Assembly: GCF_001194135.2 (NCBI RefSeq)
Contig: NC_068983.1
Coordinates: forward strand, 119,038,935 to 119,097,145
Origin: Octopus bimaculoides
Taxonomy: Eukaryota
Length of the DNA stretch: 58,211 bases
Direction: 5' to 3'
Positions 1 through 11,484 of the stretch are shown here, one piece after another. Position numbers and translations under genes: made by a program. How positions within the stretch are numbered: position 1 is the first letter of the stretch; each line of letters starts with the position of its first letter. The notes beneath the pieces are model-generated. The model had not been told where the DNA came from. It made no database searches and saw only the letters and a list, made by a program, of their open reading frames with translations.

Positions 1-200
1 TGTGTGCAAATATATAAAGAATGGTGGTCATAATTTTGGATCAAACGGGCTTTTGGGAGTGGCTGATAGGTATGTATTTGTGTATGTGTGTGTGTGTATG
101 TATATGATTGCGTGTGCTGCCGTTTTGAATTCCTTTCTGCGACTCGACTGAACTTAAATTGACCCCTGGCTATTAAGGACCCAACCACACACAAACACAA

Positions 201-240
<40 letters not shown>

Positions 241-681
241 AACTGCAGCTATACACCAGATAACGTGGTAAGTCTTATGTTCTGAAATTTAAATTTTGAA
301 TTTATTTTAATTATAAAATTACATCCCAGCTAAAAAACACATCTTTTGGCTTTGGAAAACAAACTTTTCTTTCTCTTTCTATATTTTTTGTTAAGTTAGA
401 ATTTCTCTATTTTGGTCAGGATTTTCCAATTTTCTGTATCAAGCAATAGACAGAAGCATTAAAAGAAACTAAAAACAGAGCCGAACAAAATCAAAAATAT
501 TAATGTTAATCGTAGTGATGGAGAGGAGTAAATATTTTCCTGTTCCTTAATACTAACAAGAGCATAATATGAGAGCGATCTGACTGTTATTTCTAGCAAA
601 TTGAACAAGCACACAGAGAGTACCTCATTGGCTCATTTGTTGATGTGTTTAAGTAAACAAAAACTAAAGGAAAAATAGACA

Positions 682-865
682 CTAGCAAACACACAGATAC
701 ACACACACACACACACATGCATATGTATATACATATGTGTGTGAGTGTGTGTGTTTGTGTGTGTGTTTGCGTGAGTGTGTGTGTGCGTGTGTGTGTGTGT
801 GTGTCTGTGTGTGTAGATATATATATGTGTGTGTGTAGATATATATATGTATGTANNNNNNNNNN

Positions 866-908
<43 letters not shown>
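682..908. repeat. (CA)n/(TG)n/(TA)n compound microsatellite containing a 10-N gap
   Basis: Directly visible dinucleotide arrays. Confidence 0.95.
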
Positions 909-911
<3 letters not shown>

Positions 912-1062
912 GGGCGGAATTATGATATAAGCACGTGCTAAAAGCCCTCATAACTTTTGTATTTTTACGAATTTTTACCAAATGTTTTCGATTCTGTCTT
1001 CAGCATAATGGGAATTGATATGAATATGCAAAAAAGAAAAAAATCTTCCACCCTGTAATTTT

Positions 1063-1148
1063 GTTTTTTTAATTCGTGGTTTTAAAATACGGACAGTCCG
1101 AATCGACCATTCGTTTCTCTTTATAATTTCTAAATAATTTTTAATACT
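1063..1148 (+). repeat. Left arm of ~85-bp inverted repeat pair (partner 3953-4036)
   Basis: TTCGTGGTTTTAAAATACGGACAGTCCGAATC...TTATAATTTCTAAATAATTTTT is the reverse complement, with a few mismatches and a small indel, of 3953-4036. Confidence 0.8.
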
Positions 1149-2080
1149 ATTATGGAAGAAAATCAATTGACGATTTTCACACTTTTTCACATAATCCTGG
1201 ACTTTATATATGAAATGCCAGTGAAGAAAAACGAAGTTGGAAGAGTGATGAGGAAGTTTTGGATACTTGTGATGTAACCGACGGTGTGCCAGTTTTTTAT
1301 GTGTGTATGCGTGTGTATAAAGATATAATTAAAACAATACGTATACACCCACGTATATATACATATATATATACATATATATATANNNNNNNNNNNNNNN
1401 NNNNNNNNNNNNNNNNNNNNNNNNNNNNNNNNNNNNNNNNNNNNNNNNNNNNNNNNNNNNNNNNNNNNNNNNNNNNNNNNNNNNNNNNNNNNNNNNNNNN
1501 NNNNNNNNNNNNNNNNNNNNNNNNNNNNNNNNNNNNNNNNNNNNNNNNNNNNNNNNNNNNNNNNNNNNNNNNNNNNNNNNNNNNNNNNNNNNNNNNNNNN
1601 NNNNNNNNNNNNNNNNNNNNNNNNNNNNNNNNNNNNNNNNNNNNNNNNNNNNNNNNNNNNNNNNNNNNNNNNNNNNNNNNNNNNNNNNNNNNNNNNNNNN
1701 NNNNNNNNNNNNNNNNNNNNNNNNNNNNNNNNNNNNNNNNNNNNNNNNNNNNNNNNNNNNNNNNNNNNNNNNNNNNNNNNNNNNNNNNNNNNNNNNNNNN
1801 NNNNNNNNNNNNNNNNNNNNNNNNNNNNNNNNNNNNNNNNNNNNNNNNNNNNNNNNNNNNNNNNNNNNNNNNNNNNNNNNNNNNNNNNNNNNNNNNNNNN
1901 NNNNNNNNNNNNNNNNNNNNNNNNNNNNNNNNNNNNNNNNNNNNNNNNNNNNNNNNNNNNNNNNNNNNNNNNNNNNNNNTATATATATATATATATTGTT
2001 ATGTCTCAAGCTACTGCTATCTAGCACCTTCGGATGATCTCTACTCAACCGCTACACAACAGCTACTCCACTGCTACTCA

Positions 2081-3641
2081 GCCTTTTCTTTATTCGGCAC
2101 TACGGCCACAACACAGAGGGGGACATTACTAGGACAGACACAACATTACAATGTGGACATAAAATATAAAACGAATGACAATGAGATGTTATATAATGAA
2201 GAAATGAAATGGCTGCATGGGCCCCATTCCCAAGCAGTGCCATTTGAACGTTTATATACACTATTTCTATTTACCATCGTTCACTTTTTCTATTGTTTTT
2301 TTTTTTCTTAATTATCTTATAGTATGTTCAAATTTTACAATTTTTCTCTCCGTCTCCTTGTTTTTTGAATATGTCACAAAATTCCATTTGTTTTTTCCTC
2401 TTCTTAGTTTTTTCTTTTCTTCTTCCACTACTGGTGTCTTTTCCTCTTCAACTCTAAACAATCTCTCCATTTCACCCTCGCACAGTTGCACTCCCGAATC
2501 TTTTTCCTTCGTTGGGACAACCGGCGTCATTAGCACTGTTTCCTCCTTCTGTAAATACACCTTTTCAATTGCATTCTCTATGTCTTTCTCCACCACCTCT
2601 TCGTCTGCCTTCCCTCTGGTCACAGCTTTCTTTTCCACCTCTTCTTTTTTTCTTTTTCTGGTTCTCTGGTGGCGGGCTCGCTCTTCCACTTTTCCTTCTT
2701 TTTCTTTCCACCACCGTGAATCCCTCCTCCGTTGTATTTTCTTCCATCTCCACCTGTACTACTTGGTTCGTGCTCTCCTGCTTCTCTGTCGGTTCTCTCT
2801 GTGGGCATTTCGCCTTCATGTGGCCTACCCTCCACTTTCACTCTCAATCTTAGATCGTCGGGCAGCACTATCTCATCATCGATTCTATTTAAATCTTCCA
2901 CTGTTGCCTGGATAGTGAGCTCAATCCCATATCTCCAGTAATCCATACTTTGTGTTCTTGTGGCCGTCAATATTTTGGCCTCTTCCTTCGTATTGAACAT
3001 TATTGCTGTCATCAGCCATGTTTCTTCTAGCTCTGGGGGTACTTTGCCTACTCTCACTTTGGCCACACGTTTGCCACAGTACGAAGGCAAAAACACCCAC
3101 TCCTCCGATCGTATTGCCTCCGTGGAGTTCTTAATTGCTTCCTCTTCTGTTGCAAAGCGTACCTCCACAGTGGCATACTTTCTTCCTCTTGTTATAAATG
3201 TTGTTTCTCTCCTGATATTTTTCAAGCATTCCTCAATCTCTTCCACTGTCGCGAGATCTATCTTTTTTGTTGCGATGTTCATGGTTTAAATACCACAGTT
3301 CTTTTTCTTACACTGCTTATCAGCTCCGTAGGCGGTGTCAACTTCAACGTGTCTCCGACTTTCGCCAGCAACTTCTCACATTCTTTCATTTTCTTCGGCT
3401 CCACCATAATTTCAATTGTTTCTAGTTTTCCCTCCTCTGTTTCTCTTCTATTTGCGGCTGCATAACTCTGGCCACCCACTGGCACTTTCTCCATTTTCCC
3501 CCAATGGGAAGAGAGAAAAAACAACAATTCACCAACAATCAAACAGCAATAATGAACAACCAATTTTTCAACAACAAATATTCAACGTTGCAATTTACTT
3601 CAAAAAATCTCCGTTATCGACAACTCAACTCAAATTTATCG
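2081..3641 (-). mobile_element. ORF1(gag)-only non-LTR retroelement, copy 1 (HAL1-like)
   Basis: On the minus strand: T-rich 5'UTR, disrupted ORF1, short 3'UTR, AATAAA (2089-2094). Flanked by ACTGCTACTCA (2070-2080) and ACTGCTACCCA (3642-3652), a putative TSD. No RT or endonuclease sequence. Confidence 0.75.
2312..3494 (-). pseudogene. Frameshifted L1/Tx1-type ORF1 (gag-like, RRM-like region, remnant zinc knuckle, Glu/Lys-rich tail)
   Basis: Pieces MEKVPVGGQSYAAA..., ...TFITRGRKYATVEVRF...LPSYCGKRVAKVRV...VEGRP, GHMKAKCP and an acidic/basic tail. Colinear homology with the 22.8-23.8 kb ORF, which has a full CCHC knuckle. Confidence 0.75.
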
Positions 3642-3952
3642 ACTGCTACCCAACACTCCTGCCATGGCCAGACTACCTCTATTTGTATGTCTTGGGAGAT
3701 CCTACTTCTTCGCCTGGGGGCATCGACACAACATATATATATATAAGGATGTATACAAAACTAAATCCGTAAAAATGTCTATATATATATTTGTATGTTT
3801 CTGTATGCATTTATACATGTATATGTATAAGTCTCAGAAGATATTAGAATAATGGAATAAAAGTTAGTCATAATAAGAGTTCTCCCAAAATCTATTTCTT
3901 TAATTTTTAACTACTGTTTCTGGCACACATATTTACGCAATTTTGATTTTGA

Positions 3953-4036
3953 AGTATTTAAAAAATTATTTGGAAATTATAAATAGAAATGATAGATTCG
4001 GACTGTCTGTATTTTAAAACCACGAATCAAAAAAAA
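3953..4036 (-). repeat. Right arm of ~85-bp inverted repeat pair (partner 1063-1148)
   Basis: AAAAATTATTTGGAAATTATAAA...GATTCGGACTGTCTGTATTTTAAAACCACGAAT. Confidence 0.8.
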
Positions 4037-5508
4037 TGTCGTGTGTCAAATTTTTTCTCCAGAAGTTCATGGCTTCATAGGAATAAGCGTGGAAAACTGC
4101 ATCAAGATAACTAATTTTCAGATTTTTTACTTCCATTTTTAAAAAATGCAAATTTTGTGAATGAAACAAACTAGATCCTGAATAACAGGGGGCTGATTTT
4201 GTAAATCAAACTAACTAGATCTAAGTATAGTGAATACCATCCTCCACAATTTGCTACTTATATGAAGTACATATGTATTTCAACAATTTCTATCAAATAC
4301 ATTCTCTTTCTTGAGCATAAAAATCCTCTTCCTGGGTGACAATAACTTATATGTCAGATTGTTGCACAAGTTCTAGCTGTTTTGATAAAGGAAATCGGAA
4401 AGGCTTTAAATGAGTTCATCGTCATTTACGTGTACCAAAGAGCACTCTTTCGATAGGCAATACGTTGATCTCATAAGTGTCGCGTGGTGGAAATAAATGC
4501 AATTACCAAACTTTCAATTCATTATTTCGTTTTTTTTTTTTTGGCATTTCAATTTGTACATCTGTACTTCCGACTGCGCACAAGCGCATATGTTAAATGA
4601 CGTCCTTTACATTTTAATCAATGCTGATATCAAAATAACTAGTATAAAAATATTTTCGGGTGGGGGGTGCATTTGTGACTCCAAGGACCAAAAAGAGGGC
4701 CTTTGACAAAAATGGGTTGAGAACCTTTGATGTAAATGATTGCCAAGCATTAAAAGACAAAAGTACTCTTATGAAGAAACTGATCTTAATTGTGAAGATT
4801 CAGTCATTCAAAACTATGTAGTATGTCCAATTCCATACGGAGCCTTACATAATCTACCGATGTTTTATTTATTTATTTATGTATTTATTTATCTATTTAT
4901 TTTTTTTCTTTTAAATATAAATGCCAACCACTTATGAAATCCATTCGAATATTGCGAAGAGGTTATCAACTGTCTAATCAAATATCTATAGAGGGAATCT
5001 TTTCCCTTGCTTCCGACTAAGAAGCAAAGCCCTTCTCCTCCAGTTAAACACCCTCATCAACAAACTGCCAGTAATAAACAAAATCTTGAGTCTGATCGTA
5101 GATTTAAAAATTGTTTATATCATAGCATTACTTCCTTTTCACTAACCCAGTTATTTCTTATCTTATCTCACAACGAATTTTCTACCTAGAAATTTTCTAT
5201 CTCTGACGCTCAAGTAACCCAAGTAAAAATTCTTGATATAATAATATTCCCAACACAATTATCTCTGCGGTTAAACTGATCATAGAAATGAGACGCGATT
5301 TTGAACTTGTTTACTCGCACTGAAATTAAGTCAAATACTTACGGGAATACTACACTAAGTTTGAAAACGTGTCTAAGTGAACTATATAAACATGTTTCTT
5401 TTCTTTTTTTTTTCACTCTTTTACTCACAAAAAACACATCATTTTTTTGTAGTACGAGAAATGGAAAGCTGTGATAGTCATATTTTTTCAGTAATATTAT
5501 TAACAACA

Positions 5509-5725
5509 AAAGGCGGTGAGCTGGCAGAACCGTTAGCGCATCGGGCAAAATGCTTAGTGACATTTCGTCCGTCTCTACGGTCTGTATTCAAATTCCGCCG
5601 AGTTCCACTTTGGTTTTCATCTTGCGAGGTCGATAAAATAACTACCAGCTTAACACTGAGGTCGATGTAATCGACTTATCCCCTTTCTTCGAAATTGTTG
5701 GCCTTGTACCCCAATTTGGAACCGA
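5509..5725 (+). mobile_element. tRNA-derived SINE, family A
   Basis: AAGGCGGTGAGCTGGCAGAACCGTTAGC head, GTATTCAAATTCC B-box-like motif and GGTCGATGTAATCGACTT body, shared with more than 15 copies or fragments in the window. Confidence 0.85.
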
Positions 5726-6924
5726 TATTATCAGCAACAAGAATATGAAATGAAAATTTTTTGGTCTAGGAAACAAAACCACTTTGCAGTCGTTGGAACT
5801 TGCCTTTGCGTTTTGTTTTTAGAACAAAGTATTTTTGTTCTTAGAATAAGTACTCTACTGTGTACTTGTTTACCCATTTCCATAACCCTTCCATCGTCTC
5901 TACTTTATATCAGACAGCAATCTAATATCTTTTATATGCTAATCCAATTTTCAACCCCACAATCAATTTTGGAAAGCATTACTTGAAAAGCAACATTCTT
6001 CTACCATATTCGTAAAGTTTCTTTAATAAGTGATACCGAAAAATTAATCCATCAAAATATATTACAAATCATTAGTGTACCTCTGTCATACAGTTAAATT
6101 CTTCTCATTCTTCACGTTTGTACATCTTAAGTTTTGAAATACTGGCTAGTTTGGGAATATTTAATCTACGCTTTGTTTGTGTCACTCGGTTAGAGTCGAA
6201 GGAGAAAGATATCAAATGGATATTTTATCTAGATAACTACGTTAATATGTTGCTTGCTAAAAACTGATCAAATAATTATCTACACGCAAAAATAGCGTCG
6301 TGGAGGTATTTTTTGAAAATATCTTTTATATTACATCTACTAAATTCTATAAGCATGCACACTTTGTGTGTAACTTAACCTCTTTAAACAATATAACAAA
6401 CTATGTTAAGAAAAAATACGAAGAGGGATCCCTGTTGCGTCTTCAAGTGAGGTATGAAGCATAAAGTATGTAGGGCGAGGGTAAATGTGAAGTGTAATGA
6501 TTATAGGGTTCACGTGAATATTCATGAAGTAAATGAAGTGAAACAAATTTGTCAGCATTCTCGAAGTAATAGTTTTGGAGATTCACTATATTTATTAACT
6601 AAACACAATTACTTGGGAATAAAATTTGAATCTGCGAACCTGGTATCATTTAATTATCCTTATACTATTCTTATCTTTGGGATAGGTATGAACATAGCAA
6701 CACAATGATTTCTAGCTAACAATCTGGAAGCATTTTAATAAATTAAGTTAATACTTTCAAAAATAACATCGAAATTAATTTTCTTTTAAAAGTGACGATG
6801 GATGTAAATCTAAAATGTTTTCTGTAACCTTTGATATCATTGATTCATAATCTAATTAATATAATTTAACAAACCCTGGTCATAACTGATCTTATATTCA
6901 TATTTGTTATTTTTTACGCTTTGA

Positions 6925-7070
6925 GTTAAAATCCCTGTGAGTTCAACTTTGCCTTTCATCACTTCGGAATCGACAAGACAAAGTTGCTGTAAAATACTGG
7001 GATACTTCTGATCCGTTAACCGTATTCTCTCAAAAAATTGCTGGCCTTGTGCGTAAATCAAAAATAATTA
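6925..7070 (+). mobile_element. Degenerate SINE family A fragment
   Basis: TCAACTTTGCCTTTCATC...AATTGCTGGCCTTGTGC matches the family A body. Confidence 0.6.
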
Positions 7071-7199
7071 TCTACAATGCTAAATGTTTTAGAGAAAGTA
7101 TTAATGTCACATTACGTTTCATTCTCTCTTCCAAAAATATATGCTCTAGGATTCAAATAAAAGAAACCAAAATTTTTCCAATTCTTAACGTTATAGCTG

Positions 7200-7335
7200 A
7201 ACATCACCATCATTATCGCCACCACGACCACAACCACCATCATCATCTTCATCACCCCACCCCACCACCCTCAGCATCATCATCATCACTGCACCCCTAT
7301 CATCATCATCACCACCACCACTACCATCGTCTCGC
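7200..7335. repeat. (CAC/CAT)n degenerate trinucleotide low-complexity tract
   Basis: Directly visible. Confidence 0.85.
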
Positions 7336-7964
7336 TGCACTTCACACACAGTAGACATCATCAGTAGCTTTCTACAACAGTTAAGTGACTTTACAACGTT
7401 GCTGATTTTTAATTATATTCGAGACGAGTTGATGTCACAATTCGTAGAGGCTGCCTTGAAAAGGACGTCTCATATAAATGAAAGTACTGATGGAAAGAGG
7501 CTGGGTTAGTTTAATACAGCTAATATTTTCTTTAAATTCCTCCAGCTTTATTCTAGTAGGTATCATGTTTTCAAGTAGAGGTTCTAGAGTAAAGCGGTGT
7601 TAACGTAAAAATGTTAGGCATGTCGTATAATTCAAAGACGTGAGAGAAATGTGGTGATGAAGAGTGAGAACATGACTAAAAGCATGTGTCAGTACAAACA
7701 AGACTTTGCTGGAATCTAAGAACTGTGATGATATACAAAAATATATAAATAAATTTTCTTAGCAGTAACAAAACAATAGAATAATGAAAAGGATGACACA
7801 GCTGCATGTTTGACTACAGGAATACAGTTTCCCTGATGTTATGGAAAATGATCAAATATATTATTATTATATTTATGAATTTGTTTTGCAAGATTCCTGA
7901 TGTGAAATCGTGTGTTGAGAACGATAGCGATATTGTTATATGTATATATATATATATATATATA

Positions 7965-8135
7965 GTGAGAATGTACAAAAAAAAAACAACAAAAAAACAA
8001 AAGACGAAGAAGGGTGTGTAAACAACAAACAGATGTATTAGTTTAACGCTCGGGAAGTGAGAAAGTCTTTTACGTTTCGAGGCTGCACTCTTCGATAGAA
8101 AGGAACACAGGAATAAACAGGGAGAGAAAATAAAA
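7965..8135 (-). repeat. Dispersed repeat resembling a Penelope-like element terminus (partner 36925-37085)
   Basis: Reverse complement matches 36925-37085 (GAAGAG...CTCGAAACGT...CACTTCCCGAGCGTTAAACTAATACATCTGTTTGTTGTTT). Confidence 0.65.
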
Positions 8136-8157
8136 AAAGGTTTAGTGGCTAGCGATC

Positions 8158-8203
<46 letters not shown>
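8158..8203. repeat. (GATA)n microsatellite
   Basis: Directly visible. Confidence 0.95.
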
Positions 8204-8661
8204 TTTATATATTCATATATTTTAGCAAGCTCACTGGCTAATCGCGACACTAATGTCTGTTCCTGCACTTTTTCTATATATCACTGGCAAGGAGATGAGT
8301 CGCGTTCGAGCGTCCATCATTGACATAGCCAAAGAAGGTCGAAATCACATGATCTGGTGATCTCGGCACTGGAGATGACAGGGATTTAAAAATATAAACA
8401 AGAGTGCATTTTGCACCGAAAACCAATATAAGAGTTTCTCTCATGGTATCTACCACAGTATAGTTTGTTCTAACAGAACATCCACATTTAAATGGGGATA
8501 AATATTTCCCTTAGTATTAATACTGCCTCTGTTGCTAATATATTTTATTAAATGAGTCAGTGCAATCCAAACATAGTAGTAATCTATGTTGGCAAATAAT
8601 AAATATAAACAGTTAGCAAAGAGGAGTAAGCTAGTTTGTCATGAAGAAGAGGTTAAGTCAG

Positions 8662-8695
8662 ACCTATCTTTCTCCTTTAAAGGAGAAAGATAGGT
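8662..8695. repeat. Perfect 34-bp spacerless palindrome
   Basis: ACCTATCTTTCTCCTTT|AAAGGAGAAAGATAGGT. Confidence 0.95.
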
Positions 8696-9624
8696 TGAAG
8701 CGTTGTACAGAAAGTACTGCTGCTCGTTCTACATCTATATTTGATCTGTTGGCTAAGACTATGTAGCACAGAGACCACAAGATGAGAAGAGAACGAAACT
8801 AAACCAAGTTCATCGTAATGTTAAATGCTACCCAGTATGGCTATTAGGCAACTAAATAACTACATTTTCAGGCCGTGTTAGTGTGGATGTCTAAGTGTAT
8901 GTTATTACTTTAATGAGCTGAAAATATTACTGCATTCTGTGATACTACCTAAAGTCTTTGAAAAGTGGAGTATACAATCTATTCTGGAGATATCATGATA
9001 CAGTCGGGGAATAAAAAAAAATTCCAAAAGAAAAGCTTTCTATATGATAGATATTTTTGCCGAAGTAATGAGGGCGAGAGACTGAAATATTTGACCTATG
9101 TAATAAGAAGACCCCGCAATTAATTAGCACGGGTGCTATGCCAAGGTTTCCCGATCTCTAGTCCATGCGGTAGGCCCGTGAACTTTTCAGGCACCTGAAG
9201 ATACAGGATAACCGCACGCACCAGCGGAGGGAAGAGCATTGATCAATGTGGTGTTGGTGGTGGTCCAGTTGGCAGAATAGAATCGGTTATCCAGAGAGGA
9301 ATGTGAGACTAAAGTAATACATTATGATATAGACCAGACATTGGCAACATTTATTTTAGAAGCGAGCTGGGACGCACTATAAAAACGTTGAAGGTAATTT
9401 TTCGTTAGGCGAGCCACTTATGCATGAGAATACATATATAAAACAAAGCAAATTGAAATTGGAGGACAAATTATGTTTAATACTGGATTGAAATTAGGAT
9501 ATATAAGGATTTAAAAGCACTAAACATTGGTGTTGATTGTTGTGCAATCTCAATTAAAACAACATTACTTAATTACACATACACTCACACATACATACAC
9601 AGGCATACATCCACCCCACCATAT

Positions 9625-9642
9625 ACATATATATATATATAT

Positions 9643-9710
<68 letters not shown>

Positions 9711-9711
9711 G
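9625..9711. repeat. (TA)n microsatellite abutting the 3' end of an RTE LINE
   Basis: Directly visible. Confidence 0.9.
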
Positions 9712-10750
9712 TCATGACGAGTAAACTCCAGTCTCGTTGACTAGTGTCCTTTATGCTTCCCTGTCCTCCATAAACGTTGCAACACAGTTTTTTAAGGTTT
9801 GTCTTCTCGCAGCTATTTCACATATGTTCGACAAGGTCTGCTTCTCTTTCTTTTATCATAGTAATAGTTGAAGTACGATTTCATTTTTTCTTCACCAACT
9901 GTGTCCCACAAACTTAAGTCTGCGCTGTTGGATGGTTTCGATTAAATGTTGCTCCCAAGAAACATTCTTAACCTTCCTTAACACCTTGATATATATATTC
10001 CATTTCGTCTGCTTTCTATCACTTTCGTAAATGTCCAGCATCAAGATGCATATATTAATATACTTTCTAAAGTCGTTCTAAAAAACTGTTTCGAGGTCAT
10101 TTGATAGATTTGACTCAGATATTGTGAATATCTTACTAGTTGACATCCTTACCATTTCAATCCTTACTTCATTGTCTCCCTTTGAGCATTTTCTCTACGA
10201 TATCAAAAATATTTGGAGTCAGCACATTTCCGGTTTGCACCCTTTGATGATATGTGTTGTTTTTAGTTGATTGATAATCATAGACTCAGTCTTATCGTCA
10301 TTGACATGTCGTATCTGTTTTGCAACGTCTTCAACTTGTTGAAATAGTAGTGGAGCTTCCTTGATAGTATTAAAAGTAAGAGCTATACTATCTATATGAT
10401 TTGCACCAGCTATAGTCATTGCAGAATGACATCTGTTTTTTGGGATGGGAAACCATTTGGAAGCCAATTTCTTCATATGGTATTGCAAATTGTAAAGGCC
10501 ACAAGGAACAGGAAAGGTGCAAAAGTGTCATCTTGTAATCCCGCCAGGATCTCAAAGAATTCTATATAAACATCAAGTGATAAAATTTAAGTAACAGTAT
10601 CTCTTTGTAGAGAGTCTTTAAGGTGCCAGGCATACCATATGCTCCAAACATCTATATTAGCTGAACGCTTTGCTAAACTCTACAAAGGCTCTGATCTTTT
10701 ACATCGTAAGAATCTATGATAATGTTGATCTTGCAGGACGGAAACCAATT
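9712..10750 (-). mobile_element. Degenerate RTE-clade LINE, 3' portion (RT and C-terminus)
   Basis: Minus-strand translation gives FVEFSKAFS (~FVDFxKAFD), FGAYGMP, AGLQDDTFAPFLF (~GVLQGDTLAPFLF), IDSIAL...HVNDDKTE, KNVSWEQH, RRLKFVGH and MEDREA, with stops and frameshifts. Confidence 0.8.
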
Positions 10751-10854
10751 TGATCGATTTCCGAATGGTTGTGTATAGGAGCGTATTCCGAAAAACCTAC
10801 AAGCATTTTGTTGTAGATTTAAGAATAATAGACAAACTAATGTCTGTATGCATA

Positions 10855-10961
<107 letters not shown>

Positions 10962-11484
10962 AGAGAAATATTGAAGTATATTAAAATAGTTTTATATAAT
11001 TACTCTGCATATTTGCATTCACCACAGACTAAAAAGGAAGGAGACACTAAGCTGTTGCTTGACTTGCTAAAAATATCAGCCAAATTAACCTGAAATAATA
11101 TCCTATCGATTTTTTCTCCTTTCTCTTCTTTTTATTTTATTTTTTAAGGGATTAAAGGAAAAAGATATTGGAGAGTATAGTTACAGATATATTACAGCTA
11201 GTAAAAAAAAATGATAAAGCCTGTGCCAACGCTACAACGTGTTTGATTATTGGGCCCTCTCCGTCAGAGCTGACATAGAGCTAATCTGCAGCAATAACAT
11301 TTTTATGCATATTTATATATTTAGGACATTTTAATTTATATCCGCTTAGCTTAAAAGTGTAAACATGTACTACTCGTATGATACGTTTCGGCATCAATAA
11401 CTACAATTTAAATTTAATCCAATGTAATTATTTAAACTTGACATGTTTTATGAATATTTCTTAGTAAATAAATTCTATTTATTG

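Larger units (their letters stand above)
1997..3733. mobile_element. Small (~165 bp when rejoined) TGTT...AACA-ended element sitting in (TA)n, split by the gag-only insertion (pieces 1997-2080 and 3653-3733)
   Basis: Ends are TGTTATGTC (1997) and GACACAACA (3733), an 8/9 inverted match, with (TA)n on both outer sides. Confidence 0.5.

Noticed and set aside
682-2311. ORFs rich in CV/HT/YI or X (also 10750-11093, 14424-15313, 41418-41888)
   Set aside because: They are translations of microsatellites and N gaps.
2217-3289. Plus-strand Ser/Phe-rich ORFs (232, 113 and 109 aa)
   Set aside because: Antisense shadows of the purine-rich gag-like ORF.
1997-3733. Interpreting the whole block as an LTR/TRIM element with micro-LTRs
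   Set aside because: The terminal direct similarity is patchy and there is no primer-binding site. The poly(A) signal, internal TSD and shared LINE tail fit a nested non-LTR insertion better.
4690-4730. GGTTGAGAACC hAT-like end
   Set aside because: No matching left end or TSD was found.
7049-7354. His-rich 101-aa ORF
   Set aside because: Low-complexity CAC/CAT repeat with no supporting gene structure.
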